Source of the DNA: a bacterium
GTDB taxonomy: Bacteria > Bacillota_I > Bacilli_A > RFN20 > CAG-826
DNA: 64,000 bases
Assembly (NCBI GenBank): GCA_963611815.1
Contig: CAVDSY010000017.1
Location: 350 to 64,349, forward strand
Direction: 5' to 3'
How positions within the stretch are numbered: position 1 is the stretch's first letter; each line of letters starts with the position of its first letter. This document shows positions 43,970-53,728 of this stretch, one piece after another. A program made the position numbers and the translations under genes. The notes under the pieces are model-generated. The model had not been told where the DNA came from. It ran no database searches and was given only the letters and a program-made list of their open reading frames with translations.

Positions 43970-45707
43970 ATTCGTTTCATTACCAAGCATGGACAAGGCG
44001 CGGAGCAGGGAGAGAAAATCGGCTATTTTGGCAGCCGACTTGACGGTCCCTTCCGCGGTGTCTGCCTACGCGAAAGGCCGCAAATACCTCATCAAAACCT
44101 TTGGCTGCCAGGGGAACGTCAGGGACGAAGAGGTCCTCGGCGGTTATTTTGAACTCGCAGGCATGACCAAGGCCGAAAGCGACGAGGAAGCCGATGTCGT
44201 CATCATCAACACCTGCGCGGTCAGGGAGAACGCCGAGGAGAAGGTTTATGGCGAGATAGGCAAATACAAAGCCAAGCATTACAAAGACCCCGAGCATTTC
44301 GTCCTTGGTGTCTGCGGCTGCATGATGCAAGAAGAGGGCGTGGCTGAGAAAATAATGAGAAGCTATCCTTATGTGAATCTCATCTTCGGAACGCACAATA
44401 TTCAAGACATACTTAAACTTTTTGATGCCCATCTGCGGCGAAAGAAAGACCTCGTGTCGATCGTCTCCGGCGAAGGAAATGTTTTCGAGAACCTTCCTTC
44501 CACTCGTTTAGACAACATAAAGGCGTATGTCAACATCTCCTATGGCTGCGACAAGTTCTGCACCTACTGCATCGTCCCTTACACCAGGGGCAGAGAGCGT
44601 TCGAGGCCCTTGAAGGAGATCGTCTGCGAATGCCAAAAACTCGTCGATGAGGGCTTCAAGGAAATTACTTTGCTTGGGGAAAACGTGAATAGCTATGGCA
44701 AAGATTTCGGCGACGGGACCAATTTCGCGACTTGCCTAGCCAAAGTTGCCGAGACCGGCATTCCGCGTCTTCGCTTCATGACCAGCCATCCTTGGGATTT
44801 CTCCTCCGAGATGTTCGAAGTCATCGCCAAATACCCAAACATCATGCATTGCATCCATTTGCCTTTGCAGTCTGGCAACAACGAAATTCTCCGTCAGATG
44901 GGCAGGCGCTACACCAGGGAGGAATATATGGCGTTGGTCAAGGAGATCAGGGAAAAGATCCCCGGATGCGCCATCACCACCGACATCATCGTTGGCTTCC
45001 CCAATGAGAACGAAGAGCAGTTTCTTGACACTCTCTCCCTTTGTGAGGAGGTCAAATACGATGCCGCCTTCACCTTCATCTATTCCCCGCGCAAAGGCAC
45101 TCCCGCTGCGGCGATGAAAGACAATGTCTCAGACAAAGACAAACACGAGAGGTTCAACCGCCTTCTGAAGGTCATTGAGGAGGGGGTGATGTCGCATTCC
45201 TCTTTGATGGTTGGCAAAACCTATGACGTTTTGGTAGACGGCCCTTCAAAAAAGGACCCGCATATGCTCTCGGGCTACACTGAGGGAGGCAAGCTTATAA
45301 ACTTCGCCGGTCCTTCTTCTTTGAAGGGCCTGATCGTCCCGGTCAAGGTGGTTGAAGACCACGCTTTCTCGATGATTGGCGAGCTCGCGAAGGACCCGTT
45401 GATCCTTTTGGGCGAGGAACTTTCCAAACGCCTGAAGGAAGAGAACGAGGCAAAATCCTATTTTGAGGCCAAGGAGTCTTTTGAAAAAGATGTTTCTCTG
45501 CAAAAGATCCGCGACGATATTGAGGATAGCCAAAAGAAGATGATGTCCTTCGCCAATCAGCACAAGGAGATGGAATACCAAAAAGCCAAGAAGGATTACC
45601 AGGCTTTTATGAAGGCTTACAAAGAGCACCCTGTTTACGTCAATTTGGAGAGGGCTGAAGAGGATTTGGATGCCCTTTTGAAGCAAATTAGCGGGGAATT
45701 GCAATGA
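43956..45707 (+). CDS. miaB: tRNA-2-methylthio-N6-dimethylallyladenosine synthase MiaB with a ~120-aa C-terminal YlbF/YmcA (RicA)-like extension
   Basis: UPF0004 domain (FGCQGNVRDEE), radical-SAM CxxxCxxC (CDKFCTYC) and a TRAM domain ending near VKVVEDHAF. An extra helical domain follows (YFEAKESFEKD...HPVYVNLERAEEDLDALLKQIS). Confidence 0.85.
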   Translation: MARTEFVSLPSMDKARSRERKSAILAADLTVPSAVSAYAKGRKYLIKTFGCQGNVRDEEVLGGYFELAGMTKAESDEEADVVIINTCAVRENAEEKVYGEIGKYKAKHYKDPEHFVLGVCGCMMQEEGVAEKIMRSYPYVNLIFGTHNIQDILKLFDAHLRRKKDLVSIVSGEGNVFENLPSTRLDNIKAYVNISYGCDKFCTYCIVPYTRGRERSRPLKEIVCECQKLVDEGFKEITLLGENVNSYGKDFGDGTNFATCLAKVAETGIPRLRFMTSHPWDFSSEMFEVIAKYPNIMHCIHLPLQSGNNEILRQMGRRYTREEYMALVKEIREKIPGCAITTDIIVGFPNENEEQFLDTLSLCEEVKYDAAFTFIYSPRKGTPAAAMKDNVSDKDKHERFNRLLKVIEEGVMSHSSLMVGKTYDVLVDGPSKKDPHMLSGYTEGGKLINFAGPSSLKGLIVPVKVVEDHAFSMIGELAKDPLILLGEELSKRLKEENEAKSYFEAKESFEKDVSLQKIRDDIEDSQKKMMSFANQHKEMEYQKAKKDYQAFMKAYKEHPVYVNLERAEEDLDALLKQISGELQ

Positions 45708-46573
45708 TTCTGGTCTTAACAGGCCCAACAGGAAGTGGAAAAAGCGCCCTTGCTGTTTCCCTTGCCAAGCGCCTTGGCGGAGTGGTGATAAACGCTGACG
45801 CATATCAAGTCTACAAGGAGCTTAGCATCGCCACGGCCAAGCCGAGCGAGGAGACGCGTTTGGAAGCCCCGCATTATCTTTTCGATTTCGTGCCCTTGAA
45901 TTCCGATTACAACGTCGCCGAATACCAAAGCGACCTGCGCGGGGAAATCCATGAGCTCGCCAAGACTTCTCGCCCCATCATCATCGCGGGGGGCACTGGC
46001 CTCTATATCAAGGCCGGGCTTTTCGACTATGAGTTCCCTGAGGAGAAAAAGGTGGACATGTCTTCTTTCGAATCGCTGGATGGGGCCTCCCTTTATGCAA
46101 GGGCGATGGAGATAGATCCGGAGGGCGCCAAATCAATCCACCCTCACAACAGAAGGCGCGTGCTGAGGCTTATCGAATATTATCTGGCCAATGGGAAGAA
46201 GCGCTCCGAGGCCGTTGCAGAGCAGGTGCACAAGCCGCTCTTCGATATCAGATTCTATGGGCTTGAAGTCGAGCGGGGCGACCTCTATTCGCTCGTCGAA
46301 GATAGAGTCGAGAGGATGTTTGACGCCGGTTTGGAAGAAGAAAACCGCCGGCTCGTTGAAAAATACGGCAGGGCGCCGCACGCCTTCCAAGCCATTGGCG
46401 TGAAGGAATTCTTCCCTTATTGGGACGGCAAGGCGAGCTTGTCCCAAACAAAGGATTTTATCAAAGAAAACACCAGGCATTACGTCAAAAAGCAAATGAC
46501 TTGGTTCCGCCACCAATTCCCGATTACTTGGGTAAAAGGAGAGGAAGATTTGCTTTTGGACATGAGCAAATAA
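45704..46573 (+). CDS. miaA: tRNA dimethylallyltransferase
   Basis: P-loop LTGPTGSGKSALA and the MiaA pattern. ATGA overlap with miaB. Confidence 0.9.
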   Translation: MILVLTGPTGSGKSALAVSLAKRLGGVVINADAYQVYKELSIATAKPSEETRLEAPHYLFDFVPLNSDYNVAEYQSDLRGEIHELAKTSRPIIIAGGTGLYIKAGLFDYEFPEEKKVDMSSFESLDGASLYARAMEIDPEGAKSIHPHNRRRVLRLIEYYLANGKKRSEAVAEQVHKPLFDIRFYGLEVERGDLYSLVEDRVERMFDAGLEEENRRLVEKYGRAPHAFQAIGVKEFFPYWDGKASLSQTKDFIKENTRHYVKKQMTWFRHQFPITWVKGEEDLLLDMSK

Positions 46574-46646
46574 TGAAATTTATTCCTTCACTTAAGATGG
46601 AACTGAACGATAATTTAAGAAATTCTTTTAGAGGAGGGTCCCATAC

Positions 46647-48263
46647 ATGTCACTTTTGAGGATTAATGAAATCGCCGGCAAGCTCGGCCTCGCTGACGAG
46701 GATATCGAGATGTATGGCAAATACAAAGCGAAGATCAACCCCAACGTCTACGAGTCATTGAAAGATAAGCCAAACGGCAAACTTGTTTTGGTGACCGCCA
46801 TAACACCAACAAAAGCAGGTGAAGGGAAGACAACCATTTCCATCGGCCTCGCCGAAGGGTTTGGCCGAATCGGCAGAAAAGCGCTGCTTTGCTTGAGAGA
46901 GCCTTCTCTTGGCCCTGTATTCGGCTTGAAAGGCGGGGCCACGGGCGGAGGAAAGGCCTCCATCGCGCCAAGCGAAGACATCAATCTCCATTTCACCGGC
47001 GATATGCACGCCCTCACTTCTTCTATCAATCTCATCTCCGCTGTGATCGACAATTCAATTTACCAAGGAAATCCGCTGAACATCGATCCTGACCGCATTG
47101 TCTGGAATAGGGCGATGGACATGAACGACCGCGCCCTTCGGGATATCGAAGTCGCGGAGAACGACCCAAAGGCAACCCCGCATCACGGCTCGTTCGTCAT
47201 CACCGTCGCCAGCGAGCTGATGGCGATTCTTTGCCTTGCCAAAAGCGAAGAGGACTTCTTGGCGCGCATTGAGAGAATCATCGTCGCCTACAACAAGTCC
47301 GGGCGGCCTGTCACTTTGAAGGAACTGAAGGTCACCCACGCCGTTATGCGCCTAATGAAAGAGGCCCTCAAGCCCAATCTCGTGCAGACCATTGAGAATA
47401 ATCCCGTTCTCGTCCATGGCGGTCCTTTTGCAAACATCGCCCATGGCTGCAATTCGATTCTTGCCACCCAGCTTTCTTTAAAACTCGCCCCGATAACCAT
47501 CACCGAGGCCGGCTTCGGAGCGGACCTTGGGGCGGAGAAATTCCTCGACATCAAATGCCGCGAAGGCAATTTACGTCCTGACTGCGTGGTCATGGTCGCG
47601 ACCATCCGCGCGCTCAAGATGCATGGCGGGATGGCTTTCGAGGATTTGGCTCAAGAAAACGTCGAGGCTCTCCAAAGAGGCGTGGCAAATTTGAAGAGGC
47701 ATTTGGAGAACATCAAAAAATACGGGGTGCCACTTGTCGTGGCCATCAACCACTTTGCCCAAGACAGCGAAAGTGAGATTTCCTTCTTGAAGAAGTGGTG
47801 CGAAGAGAATGGCTATCCTTGCTCTTTCGCCGATGTGTACGACAAAGGAGGCGAGGGGGCAATTGACCTCGCTGAAACGGTGGCTTCCGTTTTGGACAAT
47901 ACTTGCAGCGCATATCACCCTCTTTATGATTTGAAATCTCCCTTAAAAGAGAAAATATCCAAGATTTGCGGCGAAATTTATCATGCTCGCTCGGTTGTTT
48001 ATGAGCCTAAAGCAGAGGAACAGCTTGCCTCTTATGAACGGATGGGCTTCGGAGACGCTTATATTTGCATCGCCAAAACGCCCTCGAGTTTCTCCGATGA
48101 TCCGAAGCTTTTGGGCGCTCCCGATGACTTCACGATGACCATCCGCGAAGTTTCCCTTTCCGCGGGTGCGAACTTCGTGATTCCTTTGACTGGCAAAATC
48201 CTCACGATGCCCGGTTTGCCTAAGATTCCGGCTGCTGTGAAGATGGAGGATGAGCCATGGTGA
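46647..48263 (+). CDS. fhs: Formate--tetrahydrofolate ligase
   Basis: TPTKAGEGKTT motif and the full-length FTHFS pattern (538 aa). Confidence 0.95.
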   Translation: MSLLRINEIAGKLGLADEDIEMYGKYKAKINPNVYESLKDKPNGKLVLVTAITPTKAGEGKTTISIGLAEGFGRIGRKALLCLREPSLGPVFGLKGGATGGGKASIAPSEDINLHFTGDMHALTSSINLISAVIDNSIYQGNPLNIDPDRIVWNRAMDMNDRALRDIEVAENDPKATPHHGSFVITVASELMAILCLAKSEEDFLARIERIIVAYNKSGRPVTLKELKVTHAVMRLMKEALKPNLVQTIENNPVLVHGGPFANIAHGCNSILATQLSLKLAPITITEAGFGADLGAEKFLDIKCREGNLRPDCVVMVATIRALKMHGGMAFEDLAQENVEALQRGVANLKRHLENIKKYGVPLVVAINHFAQDSESEISFLKKWCEENGYPCSFADVYDKGGEGAIDLAETVASVLDNTCSAYHPLYDLKSPLKEKISKICGEIYHARSVVYEPKAEEQLASYERMGFGDAYICIAKTPSSFSDDPKLLGAPDDFTMTIREVSLSAGANFVIPLTGKILTMPGLPKIPAAVKMEDEPW

Positions 48264-48475
48264 GCGAAGCCGTTCTTCTATATGACGAAGTCGAGATGAA
48301 ACGGCCTCACCCTTGCGCCTCACATTGCAAAAGATTCCAACTCGTTCGGCTTGGCGCCGATGTGAAAATCCGCTGCCTTGGGTGCGGGAACGTAATCATG
48401 ATGGATCGCGACGCCTTCAACAAAAGACTAAAGAAAGTGGTCGCTCATCATTCTGAACCTTTGATGAAAGATTGA
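48257..48475 (+). CDS. DUF951-family small protein (Cys-rich)
   Basis: HPCASHCKRFQLVRLGADVKIRCLGCGNVIMMDRDAFNKRLKK matches the DUF951 pattern. The start overlaps the fhs stop. Confidence 0.6.
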   Translation: MVSEAVLLYDEVEMKRPHPCASHCKRFQLVRLGADVKIRCLGCGNVIMMDRDAFNKRLKKVVAHHSEPLMKD

Positions 48476-48522
48476 GCAACCCGCCCATTCCCGCTTTATT
48501 TAGAGGTGAGGAGGGGTTTTCT

Positions 48523-50544
48523 TTGGCTCTTATCAGTCTCAGGAACGTCGGAAAATGGGTGAATGACGGCAAGAAGAAGCGATGGCTTTTTCGCCATGTC
48601 AGCATTTCCTTCCCTTCAAAGGGCTTTTTCGCCGTCAGCGGCCCATCGGGCTGCGGCAAAAGCACCTTCCTCGCTTTGCTGTCTGGGCTCAACAAGCCAA
48701 GCGAAGGAAAGATATTTGCCGGGAAAAGAGATTTAACCGGCCTTTCCACCAACGAATGGTCACTTTACCGCCAAAAAGTGGTGGGCCTTGTGTTTCAGCA
48801 CTATAACCTCATCGATTACCTGACCGTTTTGGACAATGTTGTGCTGCCTTCGTCTTTTGCTGGAACCGCCAAAAAGAAAGCCGTCCGGAGAGCCGAAGCT
48901 TTATTGAAGAGCGTTGGCCTTTGCGGCAAGGAAAAACAAATTGCTGGGTCGTGCTCAGGAGGTGAGAAGCAAAGGGTCGCCATCTGCCGTTCCCTCATCA
49001 ACGATCCATGCGTTTTGCTTTGCGATGAGCCAACCGGCGCCTTGGACGAAAAATCTTCCGAAAACGTGATGGGAATTCTAAAAGAAATTTCGAAGAAACG
49101 TTTGGTCATCATCGTCTCTCATAATCAGAAGCTCATCGATCGCTACGTGGATTTCGAATGGCGAATGGGAGAGGCCTGCCCAATGCTTCAAGTCGATCGA
49201 GGAAAGGCGAATTTGTCCTGGCGCAGAGGGCGTGCCAAAAGTTCTTGGCAGGGGGCTTTTCTTAAAAAGAACCTACGGAAGCATCTGCTCAAGAACCTCA
49301 TTTGCCTGGCGACGGCGTCGCTTGGCATAGTGTCGGGACTGCTCAGTTTCGGGTATTTCAAGGGGAGTGAAGCTGCCGTGTCGACGCAGGCGAGGAATGC
49401 GGTCGATTATCGGACGATACGTTTGCAGGAGGAGAATAAAGTCTCCGTTGCTTCCTCGCCGCTGAGCCTTATCGAGACAAGACGCCCATCATTGAGCGGA
49501 TGCCTTGATTTCCTGGGCGGAATCCAAGCGGACGTCCGCCTTGATTTCTCTTATTTTTTCCCCGAGGCCTCCGTGTTCTCTTTCGGCGGGGAGAACAAAG
49601 ATCCGGTTTGCTTATACCCTGTTCTTTCTTTTAACGACGGCTCGCTATGGAGCGAAGAGGAAAGCGTGCCCGACAGCATTGAATTTTGCCTAGTCAACAA
49701 GGCTTTCGCCGAACGCTATCAAGAGATTGACATAGGAAGCCGCATTAGGGTTCCTTACTCCTACGAAGCAGATGGGCAACGCTGGAAAGCAGAGGCTTTT
49801 TACGGGGATTTCGAGTTTGAGATTGCGAAAATCGTCGAGGATTTTCCTTTTATGAGCTCTCCGAAAATTTATTACTCATACTCGGCTTTGGAAACGTATT
49901 TCAAAGATTTTCTCCTTGGAGATGAACTGAGCGTCTACGACTTCGTAATGGACGCCAAAGACAATTCCGCCTACAGCGCTTTTTCACGTTTTGCCTTTTG
50001 TGCGAATTGCGAAGACGCCGATAAGCTGTGCGCTCTTTCTTCCGGCAAGGAAAACGGAATTATCGCTTCGAGCAATGTACTTGCTGCAGTGGAGAGTTTT
50101 TCCCTTCTTTCGAAAGGGACCTCGTGGTCTTTGCTCGCCTTTACCTTAATTTCGCTCATCTCGGTTGCGGTCGTGATGGCCATGAGCAATTACTCTTCGT
50201 TTCTGGATGAGCGAAAGGAGAGGGCCATTCTCTCTTCGTTGGGCGCTTATCGCGGAGAAGTGAACCGCATTTATTATTCGGAGACGTCTCTTTGCGGTTT
50301 GGCTTCAGGCATTCTTGCATTGTTTGTTTGTCCTCTTGCCTCTTGTGGCGGGAATGCGCTATTCGAAAGCAAATTCGGTTTGAAGGGCTTGATTGATATT
50401 CCACTTTTATCATGCCTAGGAGTTCCTTTCCTTGTGCCCTTGATTGTTTTGGCGTTTTCCTTGCTATTCAATTTGCTTTGCTGCTCGCTCCCCCTTCTCC
50501 GAGCCAATGCGGGAAACCTTAATGAGGAACTGCGCGATGAGTGA
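48523..50544 (+). CDS. Fused ABC ATPase / FtsX-type permease (MacB-like, type VII ABC architecture)
   Basis: Walker A (GPSGCGKST), signature (CSGGEKQR), Walker B (LLCDEPTGALD). These are followed by TM1, a ~250-aa ectodomain and a 3-TM FtsX domain. TTG start at 48523 behind GAGGAGGGG. The ORF is open from 48472. Confidence 0.8.
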   Translation: MALISLRNVGKWVNDGKKKRWLFRHVSISFPSKGFFAVSGPSGCGKSTFLALLSGLNKPSEGKIFAGKRDLTGLSTNEWSLYRQKVVGLVFQHYNLIDYLTVLDNVVLPSSFAGTAKKKAVRRAEALLKSVGLCGKEKQIAGSCSGGEKQRVAICRSLINDPCVLLCDEPTGALDEKSSENVMGILKEISKKRLVIIVSHNQKLIDRYVDFEWRMGEACPMLQVDRGKANLSWRRGRAKSSWQGAFLKKNLRKHLLKNLICLATASLGIVSGLLSFGYFKGSEAAVSTQARNAVDYRTIRLQEENKVSVASSPLSLIETRRPSLSGCLDFLGGIQADVRLDFSYFFPEASVFSFGGENKDPVCLYPVLSFNDGSLWSEEESVPDSIEFCLVNKAFAERYQEIDIGSRIRVPYSYEADGQRWKAEAFYGDFEFEIAKIVEDFPFMSSPKIYYSYSALETYFKDFLLGDELSVYDFVMDAKDNSAYSAFSRFAFCANCEDADKLCALSSGKENGIIASSNVLAAVESFSLLSKGTSWSLLAFTLISLISVAVVMAMSNYSSFLDERKERAILSSLGAYRGEVNRIYYSETSLCGLASGILALFVCPLASCGGNALFESKFGLKGLIDIPLLSCLGVPFLVPLIVLAFSLLFNLLCCSLPLLRANAGNLNEELRDE

Positions 50545-53323
50545 GGGCGTCGTGTGCAAAGGCGTTATTCGTTCATTCGGTGAGCGAAGAGTGCTTAATG
50601 GGATCAGTTTCTCCCTCCCTTCCAAAGGACTATTCGGCGTTGCAGGCGCTTCGGGATGCGGTAAAAGCACGCTGATGAATATCCTTTCCCTTCTTGATGG
50701 CGATTACCAAGGCGAATTTCGCCTTTTCGGCAAGAACCCAAAAAAATGGAGCGAGACGAAGAAGGCGCGTTTTCGCTTGCGCCACATCGGCTACGTATTT
50801 CAACAATTCAATCTTTTGGAGCTGGAAACGGTAGAGGACAATCTCCTTTTGCCACTCTCCGCATGCTTTGACTGTTCAAGGAGAATAAAAAAACAAAAAG
50901 TCCACGAGGCTCTGCGCGGGGTTGGGCTGGAAGGCCTTTCGAAACGGATAGTCTCTACGCTTTCTGGAGGTGAGAAACAAAGGGCGGCGATCGCAAGAGC
51001 GACAATAAACAACCCATCGATTCTTCTCCTTGATGAGCCGACGGCTGCTCTTGACAAAGAAAACGCCGTGAATGTTTTTGGAATCCTTCGAAGGATCTCC
51101 TCGCGCTGCCTGGTTGTGGTGGTCAGTCATGACGAGGAAATGCTTTCTTCCTACTGCGAAGGCATCCTGAAACTTGAAGGTGGCATCCTTTCCCGCGATC
51201 GCTTCCTGCCGAGTGAGGAAAAGAAAGAGAGGCAGCCAAAGATGGCTCTTGCCGAGGAAAGGCGGCCGCCAAGCTTCCCATTTTTTGCCTTGCTGAGGCA
51301 TGCCTTCCATCTCCTTAAGCACAAAAAATGGCGATCAATCGTTACGGAGTCATCGATTTGCTTCGGTCTCATTGGCATTGGACTTTCCTTTTTCCTTTCC
51401 TCTTCCCTTTCCAAGCAACTCAATTCATCCCTTTCTTCCATTGTTCCAGAAAACCAGATTGTGATGGGAAAAAGAAAGGAATCCTCAGCCTCCGTTTCCA
51501 ATGTCTATGCCTATGAACTGGACGAAATGCAGTCTTTGTGCAACGAGCACCAAGGTCAAGTGCTTGGCTATGGGGCGAGCTATCTACTCAATTTCGAGTC
51601 GTGGTTCTGCGACGACAATGATTTCTATGCGATCCAGGGTTCGAAAAGCATTAGGTTGCAAGATTTTGGCGTCCGCTCGATCAACGATTACCAATGGCTA
51701 GACTGCAACCGTGATGCTCTTTTTTATCCTTCGACCCCGGCAAGCATGGACTGGGATGATGTCGCCTTCGGCCTCACCTATGCCAACATGTTCCAACTTT
51801 GCTATGGCCTTGGGATCGAGCGCTCTTTTGAGAGCCTTGGCAAATATTTGGAGGCCAATCCTTTGCCAATCGTCGTGAATGCAAGCCATTTAGAATGGGG
51901 CTTTCAGGATGAGCAGATTTTCTCTTTGGTGGCCGTGACGCAGACGAAAAAGAACGTGATTTTCCATTGGGATCATCTTTGGGCAAGGAAGATCCTCGTT
52001 GAGAAAATGCGCTTCCAGCCAACCAAAATGGGTGATTCCTCATCGCCTCAGGCGATCTACGAAGTACCATACCTAGAATTCTCCAACCACCCTTCGGAGT
52101 TTTTGCGCCAGGTAAGGCATGAGGCGAAGAGAAAAAACCTTGTTTTTGAGAAAGCGAGCAGCCTCTTCCTTGCTACCTTGCTGGAAGAAGGCGACAAATC
52201 GCCTTACAACAGACTCTACGTTTTTTCCTGCGATAAGAGTGGCCCATCATGGGAAGAGATTGACCTGATAGAGGAAAGCAATGCGGAGATAATTGGAAGG
52301 GATGTGGTCACCAGCGTCGGGATTTTCGCCACAAATGAGGCTGTCCTAACGGGCACTTCGACGCATCTTTTTTTCTCGCCGAGCGAAAACGATGTGCGCA
52401 ATGTTTCCGAGGCCTATTCGCGTTTGCCTTATTCACAGAAAGACGCATCTGTGGAATTGCCGGCAGGATGCAAAGACGCCTATATATACGAAAACGCCGC
52501 AAAACCGCGCTTAAGTTACGATTGCAGCGGGCTCATCAGCGGAAAATCCCCTTCTTCTTTTGAGGAGGTTGTCCTCTCCTCCGCTCTTTACGAAGCGTGG
52601 AATAGGCCAGAGGAAGTCTTTGTCGCTGGTGAGGTCGCGGCGGAAGAGAACGACTCCTTCTACGATCGGACCTTCAAGCTGGGGGCTTTGAAGGTAAGCG
52701 GGGTAAAGGAAGAGGGAAGCGATACGATATATTTGCCATCGGATTGGTCTGTCGATTTCTATTTCTTCGCCTTGGATGCCGACCCTTTCCTTTTGGAGCC
52801 TAGCGGCGCGGTGTTTCAGATTCGCTCAGGCTCTGACGTTTCGTCTCTCGTTGACAAGCTTAACCGGCAGTATCCCTCTTATCGTTTTACCTCTCCCAGC
52901 CTTGAGGTCTCATCGACAATAGAGGAGTCGTTAGGCTACATAAAAGAGATTCTGGTCTGCTTTTCAGCCTTTTCCTTCATAATGTCCTGCCTTCTTTTTA
53001 TGGTGGTGCTTGGGATAACGATCAAAGAGAACGAAAAAGAGAACCGCCTTCTTTTCGCCCTTGGCGCTAGCCGAGGCGATATCTGCAAGTCGCTGTTCTG
53101 TCACGCGCTGGTTTCGACCGTGGGCGCATTGCTTTCCTCAGTTCTTTCGATGATCGTCCTTGAATTCGTCGTTTCGCTCTACCTCAAAGAAGAGTTCGGC
53201 GCTTCGTCATCCTTTGCCATCTCTTGGGAACCGATATTGGGCATGGGATGCTCAGCTTTGCTTTTCGCCGCGCTAGTTCTATTGACAATCATCGCGAAGA
53301 TGAAAAGAAAGAAGATTTGGTGA
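50537..53323 (+). CDS. Fused ABC ATPase / FtsX-type permease with a very large (~500 aa) ectodomain
   Basis: Walker A (GASGCGKST), signature (LSGGEKQR), Walker B (LLLDEPTAALD) and a C-terminal FtsX-like 3-TM bundle. ATG 50537 overlaps the upstream stop. Confidence 0.8.
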   Translation: MSEGVVCKGVIRSFGERRVLNGISFSLPSKGLFGVAGASGCGKSTLMNILSLLDGDYQGEFRLFGKNPKKWSETKKARFRLRHIGYVFQQFNLLELETVEDNLLLPLSACFDCSRRIKKQKVHEALRGVGLEGLSKRIVSTLSGGEKQRAAIARATINNPSILLLDEPTAALDKENAVNVFGILRRISSRCLVVVVSHDEEMLSSYCEGILKLEGGILSRDRFLPSEEKKERQPKMALAEERRPPSFPFFALLRHAFHLLKHKKWRSIVTESSICFGLIGIGLSFFLSSSLSKQLNSSLSSIVPENQIVMGKRKESSASVSNVYAYELDEMQSLCNEHQGQVLGYGASYLLNFESWFCDDNDFYAIQGSKSIRLQDFGVRSINDYQWLDCNRDALFYPSTPASMDWDDVAFGLTYANMFQLCYGLGIERSFESLGKYLEANPLPIVVNASHLEWGFQDEQIFSLVAVTQTKKNVIFHWDHLWARKILVEKMRFQPTKMGDSSSPQAIYEVPYLEFSNHPSEFLRQVRHEAKRKNLVFEKASSLFLATLLEEGDKSPYNRLYVFSCDKSGPSWEEIDLIEESNAEIIGRDVVTSVGIFATNEAVLTGTSTHLFFSPSENDVRNVSEAYSRLPYSQKDASVELPAGCKDAYIYENAAKPRLSYDCSGLISGKSPSSFEEVVLSSALYEAWNRPEEVFVAGEVAAEENDSFYDRTFKLGALKVSGVKEEGSDTIYLPSDWSVDFYFFALDADPFLLEPSGAVFQIRSGSDVSSLVDKLNRQYPSYRFTSPSLEVSSTIEESLGYIKEILVCFSAFSFIMSCLLFMVVLGITIKENEKENRLLFALGASRGDICKSLFCHALVSTVGALLSSVLSMIVLEFVVSLYLKEEFGASSSFAISWEPILGMGCSALLFAALVLLTIIAKMKRKKIW

Positions 53324-53331
53324 AAATTGCC

Positions 53332-53360
53332 TTGTTCAAATGCTTTCGGAATGGTGATAT
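53332..53360 (+). promoter_or_regulatory. Putative promoter of the cold-shock protein gene
   Basis: TTGTTC (53332-53337), a 17-nt spacer ending in TGg, then TGATAT (53355-53360). The implied 5' UTR is about 50 nt. Confidence 0.35.
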
Positions 53361-53416
53361 CATCTTCTACAGCCAAAATACCTTTTAGGCGTATGGCTAG
53401 GAAGGTTAGGAGTCTC

Positions 53417-53617
53417 ATGAAGGGAACAGTTAAAATGTTCAACAGAGAGAAGGGTTATGGTTTCATCCATGCGGAAGACAACCAGGACTACTTCTTCCAC
53501 TATTCCGCTCTTTTGATGGACGACTACAAGACCGCCGAGACCGGCGAGCATGTAGAATTCGAGATCGAAGAGTCGAATCGTGGGCCGCGTGCTAAGAACG
53601 TCAAAAAAGTAGACTAA
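53417..53617 (+). CDS. Cold-shock protein (CspA family)
   Basis: MKGTVKMFNREKGYGFI (RNP1) and YFFHYS (RNP2-like). 66 aa. Confidence 0.9.
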   Translation: MKGTVKMFNREKGYGFIHAEDNQDYFFHYSALLMDDYKTAETGEHVEFEIEESNRGPRAKNVKKVD

Positions 53618-53636
53618 TTCTTACCTAGCTGGTAAC

Positions 53637-53666
53637 GCCTCCGTGTTTGCTCGGAGGCCTTTTTTT
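53637..53666 (+). terminator. Intrinsic terminator of csp
   Basis: Stem gcctccg (53637-53643), 8-nt loop, stem cggaggc (53652-58), then a T-run at 53660-53666. Confidence 0.75.
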
Positions 53667-53728
53667 GCCCTTTCTCACGCGCGCCTCGCGCGCTAGAATT
53701 AACCCGCCATTTCCAAGGAAGTAAATCT

